Translations under genes and position numbers: made by a program
The notes under the pieces: model-generated
What the model saw: only the letters and a program-made list of their open reading frames with translations
What the model was told of the DNA's origin: nothing
Databases searched by the model: none
Shown: positions 18,980 to 29,619 of the stretch, in pieces
How positions within the stretch are numbered: position 1 is the stretch's first letter
Layout: each line of letters opens with the position of its first letter
Assembly: GCA_044225365.1 (NCBI GenBank)
Contig: JBGAIQ010000002.1
Location: 96,001 to 160,000, forward strand
Direction: 5' to 3'
DNA: 64,000 bases
From: Planctomycetota bacterium
GTDB taxonomy: Bacteria > Planctomycetota > B15-G4 > JADJEK01

Positions 18980-20485
18980 TCAGGCCAGGATTCCGTCCAT
19001 CCGCTTCGGCTTGATGACGCCGGTGAGCTTGCGATCGAGGCCGCCGTAGGGGAAGGTGAGCGCTTTGGGGTCGAGGCCGAGCAGATGCAGCACGGTCGCG
19101 TGGAAATCGCGGACGTGGTGCTTGTTCACCGCCGCTTCGACGCCGAGTTCGTCCGTTTCGCCGTAGCTCCCGGGTCTGATACCCGCGCCGGCGAACCACA
19201 TCGTGAATCCCTTCGGGTTGTGATCGCGGCCGAGCTTGCTCGCGGTCTGTCCCGCGACGGCCTTCTGATTCACCGGCTGGCGTCCGAACTCGCCGCCCCA
19301 GATCACGAGCGTGTCCTCGAGCAGATGGCGACGCTCGAGATCGGCGAGGAGGCCCGCGATCGGGCGATCGACCTCCGGGCAGTGGATCCGCAGATTGAGC
19401 TCGACGTCGGCGTGCGCGTCCCACGTCTGCTGCTGATGGCCGCCGCCGTGGTAGATCTGCACGAATCGCACGCCCCGCTCGACGAGGCGTCGCGCGACGA
19501 GGCACTGGCGACCGAACGGCGCCGGCCCGACCGCGAGCGGATGATCCGCCTTCGGGTCGTTCATGCCGTAGAGTTCGCGCGTCTCCTCGGTCTCCTTCGA
19601 GACGTCGAGCGCTTCGCCCGCCGCACCCTGCATGCGCATCGCGAGGTCGTACGCCGCGCTGCGCCCCAGGAGATCGGTGTCGCCGCCGCGCGTCTCCGCG
19701 TGCTTCGCGTTGAGGTCGCGCAGCAGCGCGAGTTCCGCCGCCTTGCCGTCGTCGCCCATCGCGGCGCGTGGGTTCATTGTCGAGGGCTGCAGGTCGAACA
19801 CGGCTTCACCCGTCGCGCGGAACAGCGTCCCCTGGTACGACGCGGGCATGTAGCCCGACGACCAGTTCGACGCGCCGGAGATTGGCCCGCCGCGCGGATC
19901 GTGCATCACGACGAAACCCGGCAGATCGCGGTTCTCCGAACCGAGGCCGTAGGTGAGCCACGAGCCGAGCGCAGGATGGCCCATGAACGGCTGGCCCGAG
20001 TTCATCTGCAGCACGGCGGACCCATGGGCGAACGAATCGGAGTAGAGGCTCTTCACGATCGCGAGCTTGTCGATGTGCTGCGAGAGATGCGGGAACATGT
20101 CGCTGCACCATTGACCGGTCTCGCCGTACTGCCGGAACGTGCGGCGGCTGCCGAGTAGCACGCAGTCCTCGAACTTGCCGCGGCGCACTTCCTGCTTCAC
20201 CGTCTTGCCGTCGTTCTTCTGCAGCTCCGGCTTGTAGTCGAAGAGATCCATCTGCGACGGTCCGCCGAACATGAACAGGAAGATCACGCGCTTGGCCTTG
20301 GGCGTGAAGTGCGGCGCCTTCGGAGCGAGCGGATCGCCGAGCGGCGCTGCGAACGCGGACCGTGCGAAGAGTCCCGACGCGGCGAGCGCGGAGAGGAGGC
20401 CGAGACCGGAACCGTGTTCGAGGAACTCACGGCGAGTGAGGATCCTTCGCTCGTCCGAACGATTCGATTCTCCGTCTTGGTCCAT
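18980..20485 (-). CDS. DUF1501 domain protein (Tat signal)
   Basis: TRREFL Tat-like motif; AKRVIFLFMFGGPSQMDLFDYKP, ARRLVERGVRFVQ, WDAH, GGEFGR, GRDHN. Confidence 0.92.
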   Translation of the reverse strand: MDQDGESNRSDERRILTRREFLEHGSGLGLLSALAASGLFARSAFAAPLGDPLAPKAPHFTPKAKRVIFLFMFGGPSQMDLFDYKPELQKNDGKTVKQEVRRGKFEDCVLLGSRRTFRQYGETGQWCSDMFPHLSQHIDKLAIVKSLYSDSFAHGSAVLQMNSGQPFMGHPALGSWLTYGLGSENRDLPGFVVMHDPRGGPISGASNWSSGYMPASYQGTLFRATGEAVFDLQPSTMNPRAAMGDDGKAAELALLRDLNAKHAETRGGDTDLLGRSAAYDLAMRMQGAAGEALDVSKETEETRELYGMNDPKADHPLAVGPAPFGRQCLVARRLVERGVRFVQIYHGGGHQQQTWDAHADVELNLRIHCPEVDRPIAGLLADLERRHLLEDTLVIWGGEFGRQPVNQKAVAGQTASKLGRDHNPKGFTMWFAGAGIRPGSYGETDELGVEAAVNKHHVRDFHATVLHLLGLDPKALTFPYGGLDRKLTGVIKPKRMDGILA

Positions 20486-20505
20486 GGAGTGCACTTCGTT
20501 TCGGT

Positions 20506-23500
20506 TCAGTCGATGTAGAGGAACTCGTTCAGATTCATGATCGTGAGCGCGAGCGCGGCCATGGCGTGCTGTGCGCTGTCCACGCGCGGGAGCGCCGCCT
20601 CGATCGTCGTTTTGCCGGAGGACATTGCGAGTCGCTCGAGCGTGATCCCACTGCCGTAGGTCTTGATCCCGACGCGTCCGCTCCGCGTGGCCGGCGTTCC
20701 GCCGTCGTTTCCCTCGAGGGAGATCGGAGGCTGACCTTCCTGCGAGATCACGGCGTGCACCTTGGCGCCCGCGAGACTCACGACGAGCTCGACCGGAACG
20801 AGTGTGCGGATCGCCGCCGCTCGTCGCGCGAGTTCCGTCGCGACGCCGTTGTCGTGCGACAGCAGTATGAGGGCGCCCGGCGAACTCGCGCTCGGCGGTT
20901 CGATGCGGACCTCGATCCCGGCAGCGACGTCGCCGTCCACCTTGCCGCGTACGAGCAACCCGCAGTACGGCGAGTCCTCGTGCATTTCGAAACGGGCGGC
21001 GACCTCGCCGTCGACGAGTTCGTGATCCTTCCACAGCGCGCACGGACCTTCGAGGCGATCGACCTCGTACGTCACGTTGTAGTCGTTGCCGAATCGGCCC
21101 TTCAGCACTTCGAACGTGTCGGCCGGTGCGCGCAGGATGCGATCGCCCGCGAGGATCGCGAGGAATCCGCGTTCGAGCCGCGGGGGGACGAGTGACTCGA
21201 TCACGGTCGATGGCGCGCGCGTCGCGACGGCCGCCGTCTCACGCTCCACGAAAGCTCGCGCCGCGGTGAGTTCGCTTGGAGTCGGCTTGCGCGAGAGAGC
21301 CCGTTCGAAGACGAGTTCGATCGCGCGGGACGTGTCGCCCTTCGCATCGGCGAGCACGCGGGAGGCGAACGCTTCGGACTGGCGGCCCGCGAAGTCGCCA
21401 TTCAAGAGTTGCAGCGCTTGCGTCGGGACGGTCGTCACCGCGCGTCGTCCTTCGGGGAGCGCGGAGTTCGGACAGTCGAAGGTCTCGAGCAGGGGCGTGA
21501 GCAGGTTGCGCTTCACGAACGCGTAGAGCGAGCGGCGCTGCGTCTCCGCCGCGGGCGAGATCCTCATTCCTTCGCCCGGCCGCGACAGTCCGGCGAGCGC
21601 TTCGCGGGGCAAGGGCTCGAAGAAGCTCGGGCCGCCGCGAGTCGTCACGAGACTGCCGCTCGCCGCGAGGATCGAATCGCGCAGCGTCTCCGCCTCGAGG
21701 CGATGGCGATTCTGGCGCCACAGCAGTTGATTGCCGGGATCGACGAGGCTCGCTCGCTTCGCGACGGCATCGTCGACGGTCGAATCCTGACGATACGTGG
21801 ACGAGAGCAGGATCTCGCGATGCAGCCACTTCAGGCTCTCACCGTGCTTCACGAACTCGCTCGCGAGATGATCGAGGAGTTCGGGATTCGTGGGGGGCGC
21901 GCCGGCCTTGCCGAAGTCGTTCGGCGTCGGGACGATTCCCTCGCCGAAATGATGCTGCCACACGCGATTCACGATCACGCGGGCGGTGAGCGGATTCGAG
22001 GAGTTCGCGATCCACTCGGCGAGCACGCGGCGGCGACCGCTCGATTCGGCGTGCGCGGAGCGGGTGATCTTGGAGGGCATCGCCGCGTCGTCGCTCGGCG
22101 CGAGCGCCCGCGGGAAGTGCGGCGCGACCTCTTCAGCGGGTGACGAGGCCTGGCCGCGAACGAGCAGATGCGTGACGGGCGGGGGAGTCGTGTTCTCGCG
22201 GGCGCAGAGCGCCCAGTCGAGATGACCCTGGAACGACTCGCGAATCGTGAGCCGCTCGCGTTGGAGGCCGAGCAATTGGATCGCGCGAGGATGGTCCTTC
22301 GAATCGAGGAGATTGAGCGCGCGCTGTTCGTCGATGCCGCTCTTGACCGCATCGATGATCTCGCGCTGTTTCGCGTTGCGGTCCTTCTCCGGGGTGTCCC
22401 ACGCGTCCTTCAATCGCTTCGCCGTCTTCGCCCGCTCCTCGATCACGAGCGTCCGCGCTCGTTCGACGAGGTCGGCGGCCTCGCTCTCGATCGCTTTCTT
22501 GCGCTCCTCGCGTTCGGCATTCCACTTCTTCATCGCCGCGGGATCGGAGCTCAGCATCGCGAGCGTCGGCGAGTCGGGCGCGAATTTGCCATCGTCGTAG
22601 CGCCGGAGGTTGCGGAGGAACGCGAGCAGTCCGTAGTAGTCGGTCTGCGGGATCGGATCGAACTTGTGATCGTGACAACGCGCGCATCCGATCGTCGTCC
22701 CGAGGAAGCCTTCGCCGATCGTGCGCACCATGTCGTCGAGTTCGTCGAACTCGGCTTGGTCCATGTCGTCCGGCTCGCTGTCCCACGGGCCAAGGCGGTA
22801 GATCCCGGTCGCCACGATCGACTCTTTCGTCACCGCGTCGAGTTCGTCGCCCGCGAGCTGCTCGAGCACGAAGCGATCCCACGGCTTGTCCTGATTGAAC
22901 GAGTCGACGACGTAGTCGCGATACCGCCAGGCGAAGGGCTTCTCCTGATCGCGTTCGTACCCCGAGGTCTCGGCATACCGCACCACGTCGAGCCAATGCC
23001 GCGCCCAGCGCTCGCCGTACTCCGGTCGCGAGAGGAGATCGTCGACGAGGCGCGCGTAGGCGTCGGGCGCCGGATCCAGAACGAAGCGATCGATCTCCTC
23101 TGCCGAGGGCGGCAGACCGATGAGGTCGAAGTAGACGCGACGCGCGAGCGTCGCCTTTGCCGCCGGCTCTGCCAGCATGAGCCCCTTCGCTTCGAGCTTG
23201 GCGAGGACGAAGGCGTCGAGCGGCTTCACGACGCGATCTTCGGCCTTCACGGTTGGAACGGCCGGCGCCACGACCGGGCGGTATGCCCACCATTCGCGGC
23301 CCTTCGCGATGTCGATCTCCGATTCGCTCGACGTGTTGGATGCGGTGTTCGAAGCGAGTGCCGTCGGCCACGGTGCGCCCAGTTCGATCCATTGTTCGAT
23401 CACTGCGATCTCGTCGGCCGCGAGCTGCTGCTTCGGCGGCATCTCGAGCGACTCGTCGGTCCACTTCAGCGCCTTCACGAGCAGGCTCTTCGCCGGTTCG

Positions 23501-23775
23501 AACGGGACGACGACCGCTCCGGAATCGCCACCCTTCTTCAGAGAATCGGCATCGGCGAATCGCAATCCGCCCTTCGGCCGCGCGACGTTCGGGCCGTGAC
23601 ACTTGAAGCAATGCGTGTCGAGGAGTGGGAGCACGCTCTTCGTGAACAAGGCTTCGCCGGTGTCGTCCGTCGCGCGCGGGCCGCAAAGCGCGACCGATGC
23701 AACGCCCCCCGCGGCGAGAGCGAATGTCGAGAGGGCGCTCCGCGCGATGGCGGACCGAATCGAACGAGGGGGCAT
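20506..23775 (-). CDS. Planctomycete cytochrome c (PSCyt1) + DUF1549 + DUF1553 protein
   Basis: Haem motifs CFKCH and CARCH; YGERWARHWLDVVRYAE, NPLTARVIVNRVWQHHFG, NEFLYID. Paired with DUF1501. Start uncertain. Confidence 0.92.
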   Translation of the reverse strand: MPPRSIRSAIARSALSTFALAAGGVASVALCGPRATDDTGEALFTKSVLPLLDTHCFKCHGPNVARPKGGLRFADADSLKKGGDSGAVVVPFEPAKSLLVKALKWTDESLEMPPKQQLAADEIAVIEQWIELGAPWPTALASNTASNTSSESEIDIAKGREWWAYRPVVAPAVPTVKAEDRVVKPLDAFVLAKLEAKGLMLAEPAAKATLARRVYFDLIGLPPSAEEIDRFVLDPAPDAYARLVDDLLSRPEYGERWARHWLDVVRYAETSGYERDQEKPFAWRYRDYVVDSFNQDKPWDRFVLEQLAGDELDAVTKESIVATGIYRLGPWDSEPDDMDQAEFDELDDMVRTIGEGFLGTTIGCARCHDHKFDPIPQTDYYGLLAFLRNLRRYDDGKFAPDSPTLAMLSSDPAAMKKWNAEREERKKAIESEAADLVERARTLVIEERAKTAKRLKDAWDTPEKDRNAKQREIIDAVKSGIDEQRALNLLDSKDHPRAIQLLGLQRERLTIRESFQGHLDWALCARENTTPPPVTHLLVRGQASSPAEEVAPHFPRALAPSDDAAMPSKITRSAHAESSGRRRVLAEWIANSSNPLTARVIVNRVWQHHFGEGIVPTPNDFGKAGAPPTNPELLDHLASEFVKHGESLKWLHREILLSSTYRQDSTVDDAVAKRASLVDPGNQLLWRQNRHRLEAETLRDSILAASGSLVTTRGGPSFFEPLPREALAGLSRPGEGMRISPAAETQRRSLYAFVKRNLLTPLLETFDCPNSALPEGRRAVTTVPTQALQLLNGDFAGRQSEAFASRVLADAKGDTSRAIELVFERALSRKPTPSELTAARAFVERETAAVATRAPSTVIESLVPPRLERGFLAILAGDRILRAPADTFEVLKGRFGNDYNVTYEVDRLEGPCALWKDHELVDGEVAARFEMHEDSPYCGLLVRGKVDGDVAAGIEVRIEPPSASSPGALILLSHDNGVATELARRAAAIRTLVPVELVVSLAGAKVHAVISQEGQPPISLEGNDGGTPATRSGRVGIKTYGSGITLERLAMSSGKTTIEAALPRVDSAQHAMAALALTIMNLNEFLYID

Positions 23776-23924
23776 GGATGGGAGCTTCACGAGTAAGGCG
23801 ATGATAACTCGCGCCGCAATCTCCGGCAAAACCGCCCGGTCAGGATCCGTGGAGAAATCGAGCGAGCCGGTAGACTCCGTGGTCTCTCTCGACCGCATTT
23901 CGTGCGGGCGAACCGCCCGAGCCG

Positions 23925-25211
23925 ATGACCGTCACCCGACCCTTGACCCTGCCCACGCTTCCACCCTCGCTTCCATCCTCTTCGCTTCGAGTGGCGCTCC
24001 ACCGAGCGTTCTTCCTCGCGAGTTTGGTCGTTGCGTGCGGAGGATGCGAGCGCTCGCAGGAGGAGTGGTACTCCGACCTTCGCGCGGACGATGCCTACGA
24101 TCGACGCCTCGCCGTCGTCGCGCTCGCCCAGGGCGGGGCGCTCGGCGTGCGCGAAGCCGCGGGCGTGCTCGCGGCGAAGCGCGATCACGACAAGTTGGTC
24201 GCCATCTCAGCGGGGCGAGAGTGTCGCGACTACGCCCGCCGCGAGGCCTCCGTCTTCGTGAACGTCGTCCTCGCGACGGATGCCGAACTCGAAGGACGCG
24301 CGATCCCGGCGCGCGCGATCCGACTCGACGCTGCGGAGATCGTGATCGAGGAAGGGACGAAGACGGAATCGCAGGCGCTCTACGAAGCGATCGTCCGCAA
24401 GCCGCCGATCCTCGGCGCGGAGATCTTGGAGATCGCATCGAACACCTTCGCGCGGATGGGTCGACGCAGCCTTCTCGTGCTCGAACAGGCGATCGCTGCG
24501 CAACGTCCCGTAGAGCAGTTGCTCGTGTTCCGAGTGCTCGCGAGTTCACTGGGGCTCGATGACGCCGCGGAACAGCAAGCCGCTCTCGACTTCGTGAAGG
24601 CGCACGAGATCGCCTCGCAGTTCCCCAAGCTCTTCATCGCGCAGTCGTTCGCGAATCCCTCGCTCGCGAGCACGATCGGCATCGAGGCCTGCGGCGAATA
24701 CGCGGTCGCGGTGCGGCCGGGTTACGTCGCGCGACTCGTCTCCGACTTCGCGAGCGGCGGGCCCGGGGGAAGCGACGTCTCGTTACGAGCGGGGGAATCG
24801 CTCGCGAGGCTCGGACCGCTCGCGGCGGCCTGCATCGCACCGCTGCTCGAGGACTCGAATCCGGCGATCGTGCGCGCCGCGATCCGCACCTTCGCTCGTC
24901 TCGAATCGGGGCCGGCGCGACTCGCCGCACTCGCCTCGCTCGACCCGCGCGCCGAGTCGGACAAGGAGGCCTTCCGCAGTCTGGCATCGGCGATGAAGGA
25001 AGCGGACGTCGACGAACTCTTGAAACTCAGCGGGGACCGCAACGCCGAGTCGAGGATGCGCGCCGCGATGATCTTCGCATCGCTCGCAATGGGAGCATTC
25101 GGCGGACGGCTCGAAGTCGCGATCGACCGGCTGGCGCATGATCCGAATGGCGAGGTCGCCGCGATCGCCCACACGGCGCCGAAGCGAGATCGCAGCAATG
25201 GCGGGAAGTGA
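23925..25211 (+). CDS. HEAT-repeat lipoprotein
   Basis: Lipobox-like LVVAC/GGC. HEAT-like LLEDSNPAIVRAAIRTF, DRNAESRMRAA and LAHDPNGEVA. Confidence 0.65.
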   Translation: MTVTRPLTLPTLPPSLPSSSLRVALHRAFFLASLVVACGGCERSQEEWYSDLRADDAYDRRLAVVALAQGGALGVREAAGVLAAKRDHDKLVAISAGRECRDYARREASVFVNVVLATDAELEGRAIPARAIRLDAAEIVIEEGTKTESQALYEAIVRKPPILGAEILEIASNTFARMGRRSLLVLEQAIAAQRPVEQLLVFRVLASSLGLDDAAEQQAALDFVKAHEIASQFPKLFIAQSFANPSLASTIGIEACGEYAVAVRPGYVARLVSDFASGGPGGSDVSLRAGESLARLGPLAAACIAPLLEDSNPAIVRAAIRTFARLESGPARLAALASLDPRAESDKEAFRSLASAMKEADVDELLKLSGDRNAESRMRAAMIFASLAMGAFGGRLEVAIDRLAHDPNGEVAAIAHTAPKRDRSNGGK

Positions 25212-25244
25212 ACGACCGCACGGACCGCCGGGCCGGACCGGCAT
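24292..25244 (+). repeat. Direct repeat copy 1 (3' part of the HEAT gene plus downstream REP-like element)
   Basis: 24292-24585 and 25067-25244 recur, with scattered substitutions, at 29899-30370. Confidence 0.9.
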
Positions 25245-25330
25245 GGATATGCGGACCGCCGGGCTCCGCCCGGCATCTTCTTGAAGGCGCCAGGCCCGTC
25301 TCCTTGGACCGCCGGGCTCTGCCCGGCATC
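25222..25330 (+). repeat. Three REP-like palindromic elements
   Basis: GGACCGCCGGGCTC(C/T)GCCCGGCATC at 25253-25277 and 25306-25330; degenerate copy at 25222-25244. The internal hairpin is GCCGGGC/GCCCGGC. Confidence 0.8.
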
Positions 25331-25449
25331 TCATGAAGTCTACGGGCCCAAGCCCCGGCGCTTCGTTCTCCGCAACGAGCCCAATGGGATCGATAGGAAT
25401 AAGGTCGCTCTGCGTGCCGGTATTTGTCTCTTCTACACGTTGGTCTTGC

Positions 25450-25944
25450 TCAAGAGATCCACCACATGTGGTCCTCGGTCACGATCCAAACTCCACTCCG
25501 TCGCTCGACCGTATACGTGTTTCCCGATGCGCTCAACCCGCCCTCGAAATATCCGCCCTCGACCTCGACCTTGTCGTCACCGATCCATTTGATTTCTCCC
25601 ACGTTGAAAGACAGGCCCTTTGCGCCATCTATCTTGTGATGAATGCGAGTGTCGAGGGGGGACTGCGCGCCTGCGGAGCCCGGCAACACACGCGGCGAGA
25701 TGTCTTTGAATCTCGCGAGAAACTGCGGGGTCGGGTCTACCTTACCGCCGTCGATCGAGATGAAGTAGTATCGCACTTTATTCTGCGCCGCAGATGCGTT
25801 GTGCTCGAATTCGTAGCGGAAGACTGCTTCGCGGACGTCATCGACCTCGGCGCGTCGCCGTTCTTCCTGTCGCGCCTCCGGACTCATGCATGCGAACGCA
25901 AGGAAAGCGCAGGCCAGAAACGCGACAGCAGCGCGAACGGACAT
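25450..25944 (-). CDS. Hypothetical lipoprotein
   Basis: MSVRAAVAFLACAFLAFAC lipobox-like leader and AAAGGA RBS; globular body ending SASGNTYTVERRSGVWIVT. Confidence 0.65.
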   Translation of the reverse strand: MSVRAAVAFLACAFLAFACMSPEARQEERRRAEVDDVREAVFRYEFEHNASAAQNKVRYYFISIDGGKVDPTPQFLARFKDISPRVLPGSAGAQSPLDTRIHHKIDGAKGLSFNVGEIKWIGDDKVEVEGGYFEGGLSASGNTYTVERRSGVWIVTEDHMWWIS

Positions 25945-26091
25945 GAGAGATCCTTTCGATTGAGCGCACGGCGAACGCGGAGACAGAGAAGCGACTGAAC
26001 GCGCTAAGGGTGTTACGTGGTCGCGGCCAAGACGGGTTCCAAGCGTTGAGCATCCTACCTCCCGTCCATCGTATTCTTCCGGCCGAGCACT

Positions 26092-26240
26092 GTGCTCCCC
26101 TCGGAGAAAGAGATGCGCCTTCGGGGCCGAGGCGGCGAGAAGGACGAGATCGGCGACGTCGGTGCCGAGGATATCGACTGCGTGCCGGCGTCGGTGATCG
26201 TGCGCGAGTACGTGCGACCGCCGTACGCGAGCCGGATCGC
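26092..26240 (+). mobile_element. Degenerate IS66 TnpC fragment (zinc-finger region)
   Basis: GGEKDEIGDVGAEDIDCVPASVIVREYVRPPYAS resembles the IS66 pattern CGG..IGE..E.LDYVPA...V....RPKYAC, with the Cys residues lost. Confidence 0.6.
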
Positions 26241-26583
26241 CCCCCTCGATCGCCCCGATTCGGCTGGGGGGCTGGGGGGCGACCGCGTAGACCATCCTCA
26301 GGGCGGCTCGCAACCGCTAGTAACCAACAGGGGACTGTTCGGATCCCATCCGACTCGGGGTGGGGCGGGCGTGACCACGAGCAGGGTGGATTCGCGTGAT
26401 GGGCGTGGCCCGGCGGTACGCCGGGAACAGTCGCTCGAGCCGATGTTCGCCGTTGCTTCGATCCCGTCTCGCCTGATAAAAGCACAGTCCGAATGTGACT
26501 CCGCAATGAACTCGGCCTGCAAAATTCCCGCATTTGTGGCGGATGTCGAGCTTCTCTTTTCGAGCACCCGTAGGCAGCCGCCC

Positions 26584-28056
26584 ATGAACAACCGCGTCGT
26601 TCGCAGTTCGGTCTTCATCGCGTTCTTCACGACCGCCTTCGGTTCGTCTATCGGCGTTGCTCCATCCGCCCACGCCCAGTCGATGAAAACTCGCGTTGGC
26701 AACATCGAACTCGAACGGGGTGTCCCAACCGAACAAAGCGCGCATGAGCTGTTCGACAGCATGGATTTCCAGCGTGCCTGCCAGGCGTATCTTTGGGCGC
26801 TGCCCGCTGTCGGGTTCGAGTATGTACTCCGTGAACAAAGGAATGAGCTCGGCGCAAGAAACGGGGACGTCGTCGTTTGCAAGGGCTACCGAGACGTGAG
26901 TCGGTTCCTCACGCCGAATGTCACCACGCCTTATATCATCGGCTTCATGGATCTGGCGGAAAGCGGACCGATGATGCTGCAAGTTCCCGAAGGTGCGATC
27001 GCCGGATCGGCGATGGACTTCTGGCAGCGCCCAATCACCGACTTCGGCATGACGGGTCCGGATCAGGGCAAAGGAGGGCTGTATCTCCTGGTCGGGCCGG
27101 GGCAGTCGCTGCCTTCGCAGTTGCCCCCGGCGGCAATCGTCGTTCGATCGCCGACGTTCGGCGTTGGCTTCTTCTACCGCGCGCTCGACACCGATCCGGC
27201 GAAGGCCGAAGCGATGGAAAAGGCCATCCGCACCTACCCGTGGTCGCAGCGTGACAATCCGCGCGAGACACAACACCTCAAGCCCAACGCGCCGCAGACA
27301 GCGACCTTGCCTCGTGGTATGGAGTACTGGGAACAGTTGGCTGCCGTGATCAACCGCGAACCCGTGGATGACCGTGATCGGTTCTTCGTGGCGATGCTCA
27401 GACCGTTGGGTATCGAACGCGGAAAGGAATTCAAGCCAGACGAGCGGCAGCGCCAATTATTGAAGGAAGGTGCTCAGGTTGGCGAGTTGATGGCGATGGC
27501 GAATTCCTTCGACAAGCGATTCCCTGGTTCGCGGTATCAACCGAATGCTCACTGGGATTACGTCATCATGGCGGATCCGGCGCAGGACCTTCCGGACTAC
27601 AGCCAGCTCGATGAGCGCGGGGCCTACTTCTACGAAGCTGTTGCCCTGTCGAAGGGGATGGTCACGAAGACACCAGGGGTCGGTCAGGCTTATCTAGGAA
27701 GTTATCGCGACAAGAACGGGCACGCCTTCGATGGAGGACTGTCCTACCGGCTCCGCGTGCCACCGCATCCGCCCGCCAAGCAGTTCTGGTCGGTGACGGT
27801 CTATGACACGCAGACGCGCGGCATCATTCAGAACACGCAACAGATCGCGGATCGTTCTTCCCGGCAGGATCTGGTCACGAATGCGGATGGATCCGTAGAT
27901 ATATACTTTGGGCCAACGGCGCCCGCGGGCCTCGAAAAGAACTGGATTCCCACCGTTCCCGGCGGATCGTGGTTCGCCTACTTTCGTCTCTACGCCCCGT
28001 TGGAGCCGTATTTCGACCGAACCTGGCCGCTTCCGGACATCGAACTCGTGAAATGA
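26584..28056 (+). CDS. DUF1254/DUF1214 secreted protein
   Basis: Signal peptide; DFQRACQAYLWALP, LTPNVTTPY, GPDQGKGGLYL, FWSVTVYD, NADGSVDIYFGP, NWIPT, YFRLYAP. Confidence 0.88.
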   Translation: MNNRVVRSSVFIAFFTTAFGSSIGVAPSAHAQSMKTRVGNIELERGVPTEQSAHELFDSMDFQRACQAYLWALPAVGFEYVLREQRNELGARNGDVVVCKGYRDVSRFLTPNVTTPYIIGFMDLAESGPMMLQVPEGAIAGSAMDFWQRPITDFGMTGPDQGKGGLYLLVGPGQSLPSQLPPAAIVVRSPTFGVGFFYRALDTDPAKAEAMEKAIRTYPWSQRDNPRETQHLKPNAPQTATLPRGMEYWEQLAAVINREPVDDRDRFFVAMLRPLGIERGKEFKPDERQRQLLKEGAQVGELMAMANSFDKRFPGSRYQPNAHWDYVIMADPAQDLPDYSQLDERGAYFYEAVALSKGMVTKTPGVGQAYLGSYRDKNGHAFDGGLSYRLRVPPHPPAKQFWSVTVYDTQTRGIIQNTQQIADRSSRQDLVTNADGSVDIYFGPTAPAGLEKNWIPTVPGGSWFAYFRLYAPLEPYFDRTWPLPDIELVK

Positions 28057-28081
28057 CACCCGTATTATTCTCATACAAACC

Positions 28082-29398
28082 ATGAAGACTATCTACCTCC
28101 GATTCGTTGCCGCATTCGCGTTGATCCTGACGGCGTTTCCTGCGGCCCGCGCGCAGGTTCCTGACAAGCAGACCTTGACCGACGCCTACGTCTATTTGCT
28201 CGGCCGCGCCATCGCCATCCGGCAGGAGCAGACGGACCTCAAGGAGCCGGGCATCGACTACAACGTCATCAAGTACAACCCAGCGGGGTCCGCGGATTTC
28301 GTGAACCCGAATCTCGACGTCGCCTACCTCGAAGCGTGGATCGCCGTCGACGACAACACGCCGGCGGTGCTCGAGGTGCCGGAAGTGAAGGGGCGCTATT
28401 ACACGGCGCAGATTCTCGACGAGTGGGGCGAGGTCATCACGAACATCAACGAGCGCAATTATCCGACGCATCCGTTCGGTAGGTTTGCATTCGTCGCGCC
28501 CGGCTCCACGGCAACCGTCCCTTCGGACGCCGCCCGCATCGAATTGCACTCGCGCAAGGCCAAGTTGCTCGGGCGAGTGGAGCTGAAGACGGACCCTACC
28601 GGCGCGATGGCCTTGCAGAAGCAGTTCAAACTCACACCCCTCGGCAAGCCGGTCATCCAGCCCGCCGCTCCGATGGCGTCGTTCGGGAACGAGAAACTGA
28701 TTGGGGTGGAGCTGTTCGACAACGTCGATGCAGTGTTGGCCAGCGCGCTGGATGTGTCGCCGATCGCAGCTCAGATGCAGGCCAAGGCACGAGACATCGG
28801 CCGGCAAGTCAAGGATGCTGGGAAGCGCCAGGCGATCGACAAGATGATCAAGGATGACGTAGTCCCTCAGTTCCTCCGGTACGCCGTCACGAAATCGGGT
28901 GCGTTCCAGAACAACTGGCTCGCGACACTAGGCACAGGCAACTATGGCGCCGACTACTGGAAGCGCAGTTCGGCGAACCTGGTCGGACTCTGGGCGAACG
29001 CCAACGACGAAGTGATCTACTTCGTCGCCACGCGGGATGCCGACGGTCAACCGCTCAATGGCGCGAACGACTATGTGCTCGAGTTCTCTCCCGCGAACCG
29101 GCCAGACGCCGTGGTGAATGCCTACTGGTCGGTGATCCTCGTGGATGTGCCCGACTACCGGGTCGTGAAGAATCCGCTGAACCGTTTCAACTTCAACAGC
29201 GATTCAGGCCTGAAGAGCGAGGCCGACGGTTCGCTGAAGATCCTCTTTTCTTCGAAGCCGAATTCGGCTGTGCCGGAATCCAACTGGTTGCCGTCCGCGC
29301 CCGCCAAGGGATTCTCCCTCACGCTGCGAACCTACGTCCCCAAAGACCTCGTCAAGCGTGGTGAGTGGTTCCCCCCGGCAATCAAACGGCTGAACTGA
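28082..29398 (+). CDS. DUF1254/DUF1214 secreted protein
   Basis: Signal peptide; NPNLDVAY, GRYYTAQILD, DADGQPLNG, YWSV, NWLP, LTLRTYVP. Confidence 0.85.
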   Translation: MKTIYLRFVAAFALILTAFPAARAQVPDKQTLTDAYVYLLGRAIAIRQEQTDLKEPGIDYNVIKYNPAGSADFVNPNLDVAYLEAWIAVDDNTPAVLEVPEVKGRYYTAQILDEWGEVITNINERNYPTHPFGRFAFVAPGSTATVPSDAARIELHSRKAKLLGRVELKTDPTGAMALQKQFKLTPLGKPVIQPAAPMASFGNEKLIGVELFDNVDAVLASALDVSPIAAQMQAKARDIGRQVKDAGKRQAIDKMIKDDVVPQFLRYAVTKSGAFQNNWLATLGTGNYGADYWKRSSANLVGLWANANDEVIYFVATRDADGQPLNGANDYVLEFSPANRPDAVVNAYWSVILVDVPDYRVVKNPLNRFNFNSDSGLKSEADGSLKILFSSKPNSAVPESNWLPSAPAKGFSLTLRTYVPKDLVKRGEWFPPAIKRLN

Positions 29399-29619
29399 GG
29401 GGCGTGAACGCCGCGTCAATGCGGAAGGACTGGAACGCGTTACCCAGCCGTGCGCCACGACGCTGGGCGCTCTTCGGCATCCGTCACGCCGAGGATAGTC
29501 GCTTCGGATCGATGTCGGACTCGACGTCATAAGACCTACGCAGTCGATGGATTTCCCGAAACGGTGACTTTCACGGTGGTCGCTCCGCGTAGTGCCTTCG
29601 TCCCTCCCCGGGGCGACAT

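Noticed and set aside
25222-25330. Possible CRISPR array
   Set aside because: Only 2-3 copies, with irregular spacers (8 and 28 bp), an inverted copy elsewhere and no cas genes. It fits REP elements better.
25340-26020. Integron cassette (attC) around the lipoprotein gene
   Set aside because: I found no convincing RYYYAAC...GTTRRRY paired structure and no integrase.
26380-26500. Minus-strand TVLLSGETGS, resembling a sigma54-activator Walker A remnant
   Set aside because: The match is about 10 residues, lacks GKE and has no GAFTGA. It could be chance.
26005-29445. GTTAC motifs near 26012 and 29439 as IS66 terminal inverted repeats
   Set aside because: Both lie in the same orientation with no extended inverted match, so IS ends cannot be defined.
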